Source of the DNA: a bacterium
GTDB taxonomy: Bacteria > UBP7 > UBA6624
DNA: 64,000 bases
Assembly: GCA_014384545.1 (NCBI GenBank)
Contig: JACNFQ010000089.1
Coordinates: 5,603-69,602, forward strand
Direction of reading: 5' to 3'
Positions 47,649 to 57,606 of the stretch are shown one piece after another. The position numbers and the translations under genes were made by a program. The stretch's first letter is position 1. The number at the start of each line of letters is the position of its first letter. A model generated the notes under the pieces. It was not told the origin of the DNA. It made no database searches and saw nothing but the letters and a program-made list of their open reading frames with translations.

Positions 47649-48271
47649 AGTCGCCCCCTAAGGATTTCACCAATACGCCGAGCCACTAGAGAGAGATCCT
47701 CTTTCCTCTCCCCGTTGATTGAAGTCATATCTTGAGAATCTTTCCCACAGGGTCTAATCTGTGGGGGGGAATCACACCCCCTAATGTTCAAGGAAAAACC
47801 GTGGAGTGACAGATGTCCCAACAGAGCCATCCCCACCGAGCCAACCTTCTTCCCAGATTGGAGGGTGATGGCAGGATTGTCACCCCGAAAGGTAGCATCC
47901 GTACCCGCTTCTCTTATCCATTGAACGAGGCTTTCTCCCACAACAGACACCAGTGCGCTTGGTGACAATCTCCTTCTCTTTAGATCAATGATTGGGTATC
48001 CCACAATCTGCCCCCTTCCATGCCACGTAGCACGCCCTCCCCTTCGTGCCCGCAGCAACGCCAGTCCATTCTTTCTTGTTTCTATTGTCTTCGGTTCCTC
48101 TCTCTGCGGGGTTGCCCGACCCAAGGTTACAACGGGTAGATGTTCAAAGAATAGAACCTCATCCATTCCCCCTACCTTTACCCGAGAAACTGCTTCGTAT
48201 TGTCTTCTTAGCCCCACACTCCACGGCGCGCTAATAAGTGGATGTATCTGGAGGTTATTCTTGGGGGCCAC
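47645..48271 (-). CDS. lipB: octanoyltransferase LipB
   Basis: LipB/BPL catalytic domain (RGGRATWHGRGQIVGYPI..K). Confidence 0.85.
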   Translation of the reverse strand: MAPKNNLQIHPLISAPWSVGLRRQYEAVSRVKVGGMDEVLFFEHLPVVTLGRATPQREEPKTIETRKNGLALLRARRGGRATWHGRGQIVGYPIIDLKRRRLSPSALVSVVGESLVQWIREAGTDATFRGDNPAITLQSGKKVGSVGMALLGHLSLHGFSLNIRGCDSPPQIRPCGKDSQDMTSINGERKEDLSLVARRIGEILRGRL

Positions 48272-49523
48272 AAATCGTTCCCTTAATCGCCGACAGGGCG
48301 GCGACGCGGGGAGACGCTAGATAAACGAGCGAATCGGGATGTCCCATCCTTCCGTGGAAGTTTCTGTTACTTGTAGAAAGACAAACTTCTCCTGCTGCCA
48401 TCACTCCTCCATGCCCACCCAAACAGGGACCACATGTGGGCGTAGAAAAAACGCACCCTCTTTCTACAAAGAGTTTAGCCAATCCCTCTTCTACGGCTTT
48501 TAGGTACGTTTTTTGATCGCCAGGAATGATAACGACTCGAGCAGCCTTACAGGAAACTCCAGGGGCCATTCGGAAGATCTCTCCGACCTCCCGAAGATCT
48601 CCTATCCGAGCATTTGTACAGGAGCCCACAAAGACTTGATCAATCTTGATTCTCTCTTTTTCTAGCTTCCTGACTTCGATCACATTATCTGGGCTAAAGG
48701 GTTGGGCGATTAGGGGTTCTAGTTGCCCCGTATCTATTTCAATCTCTAATGAGTAGGTTGCACCCTTGTCGGGATAAACTGCCTTGTAAGGATGTTTGAC
48801 GCGCCCCTTTACGAACTCTTCTGTTATCTTGTCAGGAACGAAAATGCCCGCCTTAGCCCCCCATTCAATCGCCATATTTGCTATCGTTAGGCGACCCTCC
48901 ATGGAGATTCCACTCTCTGTTTCGTCGTGGAACTCTATCGTTTGGTAGTTAGCCCCTTGAACCGTCAGTATCCGACCCAAGGCAAGTGAGAGGTCTTTTG
49001 GAGAAACGTGCTTAGCGGGCTTACCTAAGTAGGTCACCTTTATAGATTCGGGCACCCTTAGCCAGACTTTGCCCGTAGCCAAAACAGCTGCCAAATCGGT
49101 ATGCCCCACCCCAGTGGCAAGGGCGCCCAATGCACCATTTGTACATGTGTGACTGTCAGCTCCGATGATGATTTCGCCGGGGGCAACAAGACCATCTTCT
49201 GGCATCACTACATGGCAAATGCCGCCCCTTCCTTCGCCATAATAATGACCCACTTCATAATCCTCAGAAAAAACTCGGAGCTCTTTCCCTAATTTCGCTG
49301 CTGCCAAATCTTTTGCAGGCACAAAGTGGTCTGCGACCATGACGACTTTTTCTTTATCCCATACCTCATCAATCCCTGCGTCTCTTAGTACGGCGGCGGC
49401 GGCAGGCCCGGTAATATCGTGCCCCATGGCACGGTCTACATCGGCTAGGACAATCTCTCCAATCAGTACATTACCTCCTGAGCGACTCCCAATAATCTTC
49501 TGTACAAGTGTTTCGTTTTTCAT
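48255..49523 (-). CDS. leuC: aconitase-family dehydratase large subunit (archaeal-type LeuC/homoaconitase-like), start taken at the MKNETL Met
   Basis: Aconitase cluster ligands (GSCTNARIGDL, CGPCLG) and substrate-binding blocks. Roughly 420-aa archaeal-type length. Confidence 0.75.
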   Translation of the reverse strand: MKNETLVQKIIGSRSGGNVLIGEIVLADVDRAMGHDITGPAAAAVLRDAGIDEVWDKEKVVMVADHFVPAKDLAAAKLGKELRVFSEDYEVGHYYGEGRGGICHVVMPEDGLVAPGEIIIGADSHTCTNGALGALATGVGHTDLAAVLATGKVWLRVPESIKVTYLGKPAKHVSPKDLSLALGRILTVQGANYQTIEFHDETESGISMEGRLTIANMAIEWGAKAGIFVPDKITEEFVKGRVKHPYKAVYPDKGATYSLEIEIDTGQLEPLIAQPFSPDNVIEVRKLEKERIKIDQVFVGSCTNARIGDLREVGEIFRMAPGVSCKAARVVIIPGDQKTYLKAVEEGLAKLFVERGCVFSTPTCGPCLGGHGGVMAAGEVCLSTSNRNFHGRMGHPDSLVYLASPRVAALSAIKGTICGPQE

Positions 49524-49527
49524 GGTA

Positions 49528-50376
49528 CTAATCGTACTCGTAAAACCCTTTGCCTGACTTTCTACCCAAATCACCTTTCTTGACCATTTCCACAAGAAGT
49601 TGTGCTGGTTGGTGTCTCTTTCCCTCTAACCCTTCATGGAGGACATTCAAGATTGCCAGACAGGTGTCCAACCCAATCAAGTCCGCCAATTTTAGGGGTC
49701 CTAAGGGGTGGCGCATACCCAACTCCATTACGGTATCAATCGCCTCCACTGTTCCTACCCCTTCTTCCCTTGCTCGAATAGCCTCGTTGATCATAGGCAT
49801 GAGAACTCGGTTGCTAATAAACCCTGGAAGGTCCTGACTAATCACTGGTTTTTTTCCGAGTTCTATCGCCAAAGAAACAATCTCATCCAAGACCTCTCTC
49901 TTTGTCTCCTTTCCAGCAATAATCTCTACTAAGGGCATGACGGGTACGGGGTTCATGAAGTGCATGCCTATCGTCTCCCCTGGTCGCCCTGAAGCACGAG
50001 CTAAGAGGTCAATAGAGAGCGAAGATGTATTTGAGGCCAGAATCGTTCCCGGATCCGCACTTTCCCCGAGGCGAGAGAATAGCTCTTCCTTGGTTCCTTG
50101 ATCTTCGACAATCGCCTCCACTACAAGACCTACGCCCTTGGTGTTGCACTCTGTCTGGGGGCAAAGAAGCTCTTTGACCCTCTTAGTCGTTCCGTCAACA
50201 CACTTTCCTCTTCTTTCTCTTTTCTTGAGGCGGGCAACTGTTTTTTCTTTGGCTTCTTCTGCAGCCCCCTCTTGAACATCAAAGAGCCTAACTTCTCTGC
50301 CGCTACTTGCCATAATCTGAGCAATGCCAGCACCCATCTGCCCGGCACCCACCACAAGAACTTTCTTTCGTTTCAT
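49528..50376 (-). CDS. 3-hydroxyacyl/3-hydroxybutyryl-CoA dehydrogenase, start taken at the MKRKK Met
   Basis: NAD Rossmann fold KVLVVGAGQMGAGIAQ and the HFMNPVPVMPLVEI catalytic block. Contains a Cys-rich insertion in the helical region. Confidence 0.8.
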   Translation of the reverse strand: MKRKKVLVVGAGQMGAGIAQIMASSGREVRLFDVQEGAAEEAKEKTVARLKKRERRGKCVDGTTKRVKELLCPQTECNTKGVGLVVEAIVEDQGTKEELFSRLGESADPGTILASNTSSLSIDLLARASGRPGETIGMHFMNPVPVMPLVEIIAGKETKREVLDEIVSLAIELGKKPVISQDLPGFISNRVLMPMINEAIRAREEGVGTVEAIDTVMELGMRHPLGPLKLADLIGLDTCLAILNVLHEGLEGKRHQPAQLLVEMVKKGDLGRKSGKGFYEYD

Positions 50377-50472
50377 AAAGGGGATGATACCTTCACCGTT
50401 GGGAGGTTTGGCGAGGTTTTCATTTTTTGATTCGTTCCCTTCTTTTCTTTTCGTCCCGTAGGATTCTCCGAT

Positions 50473-51819
50473 GTGCCACCGTCTTTCTCTACACCCCCTC
50501 CACGTCAACTCCTAGACTCCCTTCCCCCCTCTGTTGACCCACGGTTACGCCCTTTCTTGTTGCGCGTGGCTTGGACCGTTGAAGAGGGTTCAGCCTCTGT
50601 CGTCTTGCACCCTCTAAGCGAAGCGGGTTATCGTCTGGCACAAAAACATCTTTCGCTCTTGTGTCGGTTGGCTAAGGATCTTCGTTTTTGTCTTGTTCTA
50701 GGAGATTTTAAAGCGACAACTTCTCTATCTCCGTCTCAACAAACTTCCCCCCGAAAAGAAAAGACCAAAGCAACCCCTCGTTCCTCCTCTCTCGTTCATT
50801 GGGCGGGCATTAAAGAGGCTCTTGTCTTGTTGGATTCTTTGGTTCAGGGAGACCGCCTTCCCCAACCCCTCTTATTCTTTGGACCCCCTGGTGTGGGAAA
50901 AACGCGCTTGTTACAACGGGCATCGGAGAAAGTCTTGGGGTCCCTTTATCTCTCTTCACAGGGGTTTACCGAGCGCGTCGTTCGGGCAGCAAGAACGAAC
51001 AGAATTGGGCACCTAAAGTCCGCCCTCTCTTCCCCCCCCCTTCTCTTAGTAGATGATCTCCAAGCTCTAGCGGGGAGAAAGCGGAGTTTGGAGGTGTTGT
51101 TGGTCGTCTTGACCATGCGGATTGAATCTCATCTTCCCACACTCTTTGCTCTGGACAGAACGCCTCAATCTTTACAGGATTTCCCCGCCCGTCTATCCAG
51201 TCGCCTAGGTCAAGGGCTCTCTCTTTCTATTCCTCCCCTAGACCAAGAGTCAAGGAAAAAGCTACTCCAGTCTTTTGCGCGGTCTTTTCCCGAGGTTAAA
51301 TGGCCCCCAGGGGCCCTCTCTCTTGCTTCTGGTGGTTTGACAGGGGACGTTCGGGCTCTTCAGGGGTTTGTCCATCGATATCACTGGGGGTGCACCCGTG
51401 GGGGGCTCTCTCCCAAAGAAGCTCTTGCCGCGGCTTTAGGGTCCCCGAAGAAAAACCACCCCTCCCTCCCCTTTCTTGAAGAGGTGTCTCAGGCTCTCTC
51501 TTTGCTCCCATCAGCTCTTCTGTCTAAGGTTCGTCATGTGGACTTGGTGCGGGCACGGCGTATTTGGGCGATTCTTCTCTTGTGCCGGGAGGGGGGTTCT
51601 CGTTCCTCAGCTGCTCGGATTATGGGGGTTGATCCCTCTACCATCGCTTACGCTGTGAAAAAGGGGGGAGAACTCTGGAAAAAGGACCTCCTCTTTACGA
51701 AGACCCTCTCTGCCCTTGCTACTTTCCACCACCTTTCCCTACCCTTTTCCTCCCCCGCTATTTCTTCTGAAAACCCGACTATTCCCCAGCTTTTTCCGTT
51801 GCAGGAGGAGGAGTTGTAG
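50473..51819 (+). CDS. dnaA: chromosomal replication initiator DnaA (divergent)
   Basis: AAA+ Walker A FFGPPGVGKTRLL, Walker B LLLVDDLQ, sensor region ALDRTPQSL, box VII RLSSRLGQGL, and a domain IV HTH (ARRIWAILLLCREGGSRSSAARIMG). Confidence 0.75.
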   Translation: MPPSFSTPPPRQLLDSLPPSVDPRLRPFLLRVAWTVEEGSASVVLHPLSEAGYRLAQKHLSLLCRLAKDLRFCLVLGDFKATTSLSPSQQTSPRKEKTKATPRSSSLVHWAGIKEALVLLDSLVQGDRLPQPLLFFGPPGVGKTRLLQRASEKVLGSLYLSSQGFTERVVRAARTNRIGHLKSALSSPPLLLVDDLQALAGRKRSLEVLLVVLTMRIESHLPTLFALDRTPQSLQDFPARLSSRLGQGLSLSIPPLDQESRKKLLQSFARSFPEVKWPPGALSLASGGLTGDVRALQGFVHRYHWGCTRGGLSPKEALAAALGSPKKNHPSLPFLEEVSQALSLLPSALLSKVRHVDLVRARRIWAILLLCREGGSRSSAARIMGVDPSTIAYAVKKGGELWKKDLLFTKTLSALATFHHLSLPFSSPAISSENPTIPQLFPLQEEEL

Positions 51820-51865
51820 AATCTCTTATGTTAACTTATTATCCTTATCGGAGTCACTTCTTTTC

Positions 51866-53002
51866 ATGAAACAATATCTTGATGCGAACCAGCTATACAA
51901 AGCACTTTCTAAGTTATCAACCGCTGCTGGAGATTCGATGTTGGGAGGAGGTAGAGGCACCCCCCACGTTTCAGTCAAGCAGGAAAAAGGACAGCTAAAG
52001 TTAGAGACATTTAGTTCAGTTTCTGGGGCACAAGTTACACTTGAGACGCCCCACATTACAGAGGGAGATGGCGAAACAAGGATATATCCCTTAGTAGAGA
52101 TGCGCGAACTTGTAAGAAGACTGGGCGGAAAAATGGAGTTTATGGTCGACAAGAAAGGACACCTGCTTCTTTCTTCGGGGGGGTCTCGATACAAGATAAA
52201 GAGTGTGATTCCAGATGCCCCCCTGGAGTTTCCTTTTGGCGAAGAAGAGTCTGAGGAGAGTTTTGAAGTAGATGGCCCCGTCCTGTTCAAGGCGCTACAA
52301 GAAGTTCTCGTCGTGGCAAAGAGCCCATCGGGCAGGTCCTATTCGGGGGGGACACTCTTCGATTTTCGAGGGAAACTCCGCCTCGTAAATACAGACGGGT
52401 TTCGCATGGCGGTCATCTCACTAGAAAACCCTAGTGGGATTCAAAGGCGCATTCAAGTGGATACGGAAGCGATCAAGAACTTCGCTAAAGCGTTGGGCAA
52501 CGAGGAGGGCATCGTAGAAGGAGAGATTCATGACCACTATATCCTCTTCGTAAAGGACTCCATGAGGTTTTCGGTCACTACCTTGACGGTATCTTATCCC
52601 GACTACGAAAAAATCTTGGATCGTAAACAGCCCGGAGAAATCCACTTTGACAAAGAAGAGATGCAAGGCGCACTAGAAAGATTACTACAGTTTGGGAAAT
52701 ACCAAGAACAGAGCAATGCGATTCAGTTCCATTTTGAAAACGGAGAAGTGTTACTAACGATTGAAGAAACGCCCAAAGGAAAAGGGGAAGAGACATTGAC
52801 ATTCCCCGTGGAGACAGAAGAAGACGCTTTTTCGGTCTCTCTCAACGGAGGTTTTCTCTTGGACTTCTTACGAGTCGCGAACGCAAATAAGATCATACTT
52901 CTCCACGACACACCACAAGCTGCGTGTCTTTTTTACCCTGAGGGAAATGAGGATTTTTCCTATTACCTAATGACCCTAAAGCATCCAGGAATAAGAAGCT
53001 GA
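51866..53002 (+). CDS. dnaN: DNA polymerase III beta sliding clamp
   Basis: Three-domain clamp pattern (RYKIKSVIPDAPLEFPF, NTDGFRMAV, YPDYEKIL, C-terminal FLLDFLR). Confidence 0.8.
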   Translation: MKQYLDANQLYKALSKLSTAAGDSMLGGGRGTPHVSVKQEKGQLKLETFSSVSGAQVTLETPHITEGDGETRIYPLVEMRELVRRLGGKMEFMVDKKGHLLLSSGGSRYKIKSVIPDAPLEFPFGEEESEESFEVDGPVLFKALQEVLVVAKSPSGRSYSGGTLFDFRGKLRLVNTDGFRMAVISLENPSGIQRRIQVDTEAIKNFAKALGNEEGIVEGEIHDHYILFVKDSMRFSVTTLTVSYPDYEKILDRKQPGEIHFDKEEMQGALERLLQFGKYQEQSNAIQFHFENGEVLLTIEETPKGKGEETLTFPVETEEDAFSVSLNGGFLLDFLRVANANKIILLHDTPQAACLFYPEGNEDFSYYLMTLKHPGIRS

Positions 53003-53040
53003 GAAAAGGGGGCAAAGAGGCAAGAAGCCTCCTTGAAGGG

Positions 53041-53265
53041 TTGGTGAGAGAGCTTGTCCCCCAGGCAAGCAAGAATAGAGAAGTTCGGGGTGCCTTGGCA
53101 AAGGAAGCACCTGCAGAATGGTTAGAGAGGATAGAGGTTGTCTCACTGGTGAACGGCGTACTAACACTTCGCGTAGAGCACCCTGCGATGAGAGAAGAGG
53201 TAAGGAGATGTTCCCCAGGTTGGATTATCCCGATTGAAGGGGTTAGGGAGGTTCGGGTTCAATGA
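53041..53265 (+). CDS. DUF721 (DciA/YaaB-like) small protein
   Basis: W..V.GVLTLRVEHPAMREEV pattern. Conserved position immediately upstream of the gyrB region. TTG/GTG start. Confidence 0.45.
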   Translation: MVRELVPQASKNREVRGALAKEAPAEWLERIEVVSLVNGVLTLRVEHPAMREEVRRCSPGWIIPIEGVREVRVQ

Positions 53266-54605
53266 GAAATCTCTCTGGCTGGGGGGCAAACGGGTTTCTG
53301 TTCGGCCGTTGGGGGAGAGAGGCTACAAGTAGGAGCTTATCCGAAGCAGCACTTTGGGCTTTTAGAGAGAGCGAAAAAGAGGGTGTTCTTCTGGGTCATG
53401 ACGGATATCGGTTTATGTCTTCTGAGATTGCTGAAGCGATTCAAGAGCGGCTAGTGGGACAAGGGATACCCGTGCGAGGACTGGAAAGAGCGACGACGCC
53501 CCCAGCAATCGCACAGGAGGTGAAGAGAACGAAAGAAGTGATGGGTATTGCTGTCACGGGGGCAGGAGAGAGAGCGGGCTTTGTGGGAATCAAACTCTTT
53601 GGTAATATGGGCCACCCCATGAAACTGAAAATGCCCCCAATTGAGGAGAGAGAGCAGCCCCCCCCAGCAAGGGAGGCTGTCGAACCCCTAGTTGATCGTT
53701 CTGACCTAGGAGCAAATCTCGTAGCAAAAGTCCTAACGATAGCGGGTAAGGGGCGCGGAAGGAAGATAGGGTTGGATCTTTGTCACGGAAGCGGAAGGAG
53801 ATTATGGAAGACTCTGTTTCACGAAGAAGAGCTGGTGTGGTTTAGAGAAGAGAAGAGACCGATGGCGATGGGGTTTAGAGAAGAGAGAGACTTTGGACAA
53901 GAGATTGAGAAAGGGGGGTTCTCTTGTGGAATCCGTGTAGAAGATGGAGGAGAGAGGTTTACAGTTTGGGACGAAAAGGGAAGTGAAGTTCCCGACGCCA
54001 TCGTACAGAGTATGGTTCTACAAGAGGTGGTCAAACTCAAAGGAGCTAAAGGACCACTCGTCAGATCTGTAGATACAAGCTCCACGATAGGGCAAGCGGC
54101 GAAAGAGATGGGGCTTAGTGAAGTTTTTACCTCCACAAAAGAGGGGAACATTACTGATGTCACCCACCAACACCACGGCGTAATGGCGGTAAAGAGGGGC
54201 AACTGGATTTACCTCCCCTTTGGAGCACCCTGTGGAGATGCGATGTCTTCTATCGTCCTTTTCCTAGGGCACTGGGGAAGAACAAGAGGAACACTATCGA
54301 CCTTGGTAAACGAAACGTTACGCCGACTGGGAAGAAGGTATACCAGCGAAGTGAGGCTTACCCTAGACACCAATGAGTATCTGCGGGTCGACCATAGACT
54401 AAAAGAAGAACCGATTATGGAACTAGCTAACTCCCCCCTTTCTGGAGTTCGAGATATTGAGGGCATTAGGACCGATTATGAGAATGGGACCTGGTTTTGG
54501 GCTTCTCCTCGCAAGTTTGGGCAAATCGTTCTCTTCCTAGAGTCTCCCAATGAGGCGACATTGAGGCGTAGTGAGGGAGAGTTACTAAAGAGGTTAGGAC
54601 TATAG
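53262..54605 (+). CDS. alpha-D-phosphohexomutase-fold protein with substituted catalytic residues (probably non-catalytic)
   Basis: Domain-I block GHDGYRFMSSEIAEAI..GIPV..TPP is present. The TASHNP phosphoserine loop is replaced by TGAGER. In domain IV, WFWASPRKFGQIVLFLES replaces WVLVRPSGTEPLLRVYAEA. Confidence 0.6.
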   Translation: MRNLSGWGANGFLFGRWGREATSRSLSEAALWAFRESEKEGVLLGHDGYRFMSSEIAEAIQERLVGQGIPVRGLERATTPPAIAQEVKRTKEVMGIAVTGAGERAGFVGIKLFGNMGHPMKLKMPPIEEREQPPPAREAVEPLVDRSDLGANLVAKVLTIAGKGRGRKIGLDLCHGSGRRLWKTLFHEEELVWFREEKRPMAMGFREERDFGQEIEKGGFSCGIRVEDGGERFTVWDEKGSEVPDAIVQSMVLQEVVKLKGAKGPLVRSVDTSSTIGQAAKEMGLSEVFTSTKEGNITDVTHQHHGVMAVKRGNWIYLPFGAPCGDAMSSIVLFLGHWGRTRGTLSTLVNETLRRLGRRYTSEVRLTLDTNEYLRVDHRLKEEPIMELANSPLSGVRDIEGIRTDYENGTWFWASPRKFGQIVLFLESPNEATLRRSEGELLKRLGL

Positions 54606-54621
54606 AATAACCGGAGGAAAC

Positions 54622-56691
54622 ATGGCAAAAACGAGCGGCAAGAAAGGAGAGTACACAGCGGGTCAAATCCAAGTTCTACAAGGACTTGAAGCTGTGCGCA
54701 AACGACCAGCTATGTATATTGGCGATACCTCTTCTGGTGGGCTACATCATTTGGTTTGGGAAGTGTTGGACAATGCGATTGATGAGGCAATGGCTGGGGA
54801 GTGTACCAAGATCGTTATTGAACTGATAGAAGATGGCAGTTGTCGGGTAACTGACAATGGTCGAGGAATCCCCGTGGACATACACAAAGGTGAAGGTGTC
54901 CCGGCGGTTGAACTCGTTCTAGGAAGACTCCACGCTGGTGGCAAGTTCGATGCAGAGGCTTACAAGGTTTCTGGGGGACTTCATGGTGTGGGGGTTTCTT
55001 GTGTCAACGCTCTTTCAAGTTCACTTATAGCAACGATTCACCGAGATGGTGGCAGGCACGAGATTACCTTTGAAAGAGGAAGTGTGACAAAACCCCTAAA
55101 GAAAACAGGGAAGAATAGTGGAAGGGGCACAACGATTCAGTTCATACCAGATCCTGAGATTTTTCGTGAAGGGACACGGTTCAACAGGAGAACACTCCAA
55201 AAGAGAATCAAGGAGTTGGCTTATCTCAATAAGGGGCTATCGATTCAACTTATTGATGGACGAAAAGATGAAGAAGAGGCGCTCAATGTTACTTATCTTT
55301 TTGAGGGGGGTATTTCAGAATATGTTCAAGAATTGGTTCAAAATGCTCCAACCCTCCTAAACGAACCGTTTTTCTGCCATGAAACGGTCCCCGGGAAAGG
55401 GGAGAGTAGTGGGGTAGAGGTGGAGGTTAGTTTCCAATACTTTACCCAACGCAGAGGAGAGACCCTCTCTTTTGTCAACAATATTCGCACCCATAATGGT
55501 GGAACCCATGTGACAGGATTGAATATGGCGATTACAGGTGCTATCAAGAAGTACATGACCGAGTATCGGCTTGAAGAAAAGGGACTAAAGATAGATGGAG
55601 AGTCAATTCGGTACGGGTTACAAGCTGTTTTAGCCGTTCGTCTCCACGAACCCCAGTTTGAGGGGCAAACGAAAGGGAAACTAGGAACGACGGCAGCGAA
55701 AGGAGCTGTTCAGACCGCGGTCTGGGGCACCTTTTATAGGTGGCTTGAACAGAATCCATCAGAAGCGAAGAAGATCGTACTCTTGACCGTCACAATTGCT
55801 AAAGCGACCCAAAAAGCGAAGAAGGCATTTGAGCTTGAAAGGAACAAGGAGGTTTTTGGGAGTGGGGTTCTTCCAGGTAAACTGACAGACTGTATTTTGA
55901 AAGACCCTTCTCGAACAGAGCTCTTTATTGTAGAGGGTGATTCAGCGGGTGGGAATACAAAACAGGGAAGAGAGGCAGAGTTTCAGGCCGTCCTGCCATT
56001 GCGTGGGAAGATCCTTAATGTGGAGAAGGTAATCTCAGAAGAGAGGCTGTTGTCGAATGTGGAGATCAAGGCGTTGATTCAAGCGGTGGGCGTGGGGTAT
56101 TGCCCAGAGGCGGACTATCTCCCTGACAGAGTCTTTGAGGATCTTTACCCGACAGAAGATGCGGCCCGAGAAGCAAGGGCAATCAAGAGAACATTCCCGG
56201 TTTCCGAGATGAGCACGGTAGCGAGAGGAGGGATGGCGTTAGATAAGTTGCGGTACAACAAAATCATTATCATGACAGATGCAGATGTGGACGGAGCTCA
56301 CATTACGACCCTCCTCCTCACCTTTTTCTACCGCAGGATGTACCCCTTGTTGGAGGATGGGCACATCTATGTTGCTCAACCCCCACTCTACAAAGTTCGC
56401 GCAGGTAAAGACGAAAGATATGTAGCTGACGACCGAGAAAAAGAAGCCGTGATGGAAGAGCTAGCAGATAAAAACCCTGTGGTGCAGCGATTCAAGGGGT
56501 TGGGTGAGATGGATGCGATTGAACTTTGGGACACCACGATGGATCCAGATAAGAGGACCCTTCACCGTGTTCAGATCGTGGAAGCAGAAGAGGCAGAATC
56601 TGTATTCCAGACCCTTATGGGAAAAGATGTGGAATCTCGCAAGCGGTTTATTGAAAGGAACGCGACTAAGGTCATGAACCTCGACGTCTAG
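54622..56691 (+). CDS. gyrB: DNA gyrase subunit B
   Basis: GHKL ATPase (VLDNAIDEA, GLHGVG), Toprim EGDSAGG, PLRGKILNVEK, and the C-terminal tail. Confidence 0.95.
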   Translation: MAKTSGKKGEYTAGQIQVLQGLEAVRKRPAMYIGDTSSGGLHHLVWEVLDNAIDEAMAGECTKIVIELIEDGSCRVTDNGRGIPVDIHKGEGVPAVELVLGRLHAGGKFDAEAYKVSGGLHGVGVSCVNALSSSLIATIHRDGGRHEITFERGSVTKPLKKTGKNSGRGTTIQFIPDPEIFREGTRFNRRTLQKRIKELAYLNKGLSIQLIDGRKDEEEALNVTYLFEGGISEYVQELVQNAPTLLNEPFFCHETVPGKGESSGVEVEVSFQYFTQRRGETLSFVNNIRTHNGGTHVTGLNMAITGAIKKYMTEYRLEEKGLKIDGESIRYGLQAVLAVRLHEPQFEGQTKGKLGTTAAKGAVQTAVWGTFYRWLEQNPSEAKKIVLLTVTIAKATQKAKKAFELERNKEVFGSGVLPGKLTDCILKDPSRTELFIVEGDSAGGNTKQGREAEFQAVLPLRGKILNVEKVISEERLLSNVEIKALIQAVGVGYCPEADYLPDRVFEDLYPTEDAAREARAIKRTFPVSEMSTVARGGMALDKLRYNKIIIMTDADVDGAHITTLLLTFFYRRMYPLLEDGHIYVAQPPLYKVRAGKDERYVADDREKEAVMEELADKNPVVQRFKGLGEMDAIELWDTTMDPDKRTLHRVQIVEAEEAESVFQTLMGKDVESRKRFIERNATKVMNLDV

Positions 56692-56703
56692 TGTTGAGAT
56701 AAG

Positions 56704-57606
56704 GTGGACCTAGTGAGACTCGCTGGCGCGGGGGTAGCGGGTGGGCTCGTTTCTTTCTTTTCCTCAATCGTATTACCTAGACTTTTCCCCCACCTTCTAC
56801 TAGACCACCCCCAAGAGAGAAAGTCCCACGACAAACCGACCCATCTCTGGGGCGGGATGGCGATGGTTCTTGGGTTTTTCACCTTTATCACAATCTCTGA
56901 CACAAGCCTACCTATGAGCTTGTGGGGGGTCTTACTAGGTGCAGCCCTCTTAGGTGTTATAGATGACCTAAGGGGAGTGTCCGCTCTCCCGAAACTATTT
57001 TTCCAAGGCGTGTTAGGTGTGGGATTTGTAGCGACTCATGGTCACCTACCCTTTTTTGGTCCCAACTGGGTTGAAGTGTGTGGAACGATTCTCTTTTTTG
57101 TTCTTGTCCTAAACGGATACAACTTTCTAGATGGGTTGAACGGGCTATTGGGGGGACACATCTTCCTTTCCGCTCTAGCTCTCCTAATCATGGGCATCAC
57201 GATGGAAAGTCCCCTTGTGGCTGTATTGGGAGCAGGAATGGTGGCAACGACTTCGGGATTCCTAATCCCCAATTCGAAAGGGGACCTCTTTATGGGGGAT
57301 GGGGGCTCTCTTTTCTTGGGGGTGGCGATGATAAGTGGACTTCTCGCTCTTTCCTCTATTGAAACCCTAGGAAGAGGTGTGTGGTGGGTGGCACTCCCCC
57401 TTCTATTACCTCTGGGAGATCTGGGTTGGGTGACGATCCGACGCATGAGCAAAGGAAGAAGCCCTTTTGTGGCTGACAAGAAGCATCTCCACCATATACT
57501 CGCGAAGAGATTAGGGGCAAAACGGTCTGTAGCGATTCTCTTGGTGATTACAGCCGGATTGTCCACACTTGGTGTCTTGGGGGCACTTGGTAGGATTTCC
57601 CCATGA
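56704..57606 (+). CDS. polyprenyl-phosphate N-acetylhexosamine-1-phosphate transferase (MraY/WecA family)
   Basis: Multi-TM protein with the NGYNFLDGLNGL signature. Confidence 0.8.
   Translation: MDLVRLAGAGVAGGLVSFFSSIVLPRLFPHLLLDHPQERKSHDKPTHLWGGMAMVLGFFTFITISDTSLPMSLWGVLLGAALLGVIDDLRGVSALPKLFFQGVLGVGFVATHGHLPFFGPNWVEVCGTILFFVLVLNGYNFLDGLNGLLGGHIFLSALALLIMGITMESPLVAVLGAGMVATTSGFLIPNSKGDLFMGDGGSLFLGVAMISGLLALSSIETLGRGVWWVALPLLLPLGDLGWVTIRRMSKGRSPFVADKKHLHHILAKRLGAKRSVAILLVITAGLSTLGVLGALGRISP

Noticed and set aside
51820-51865. oriC between dnaA and dnaN
   Set aside because: It is only 46 bp with a single imperfect DnaA box. That is too short for an origin.
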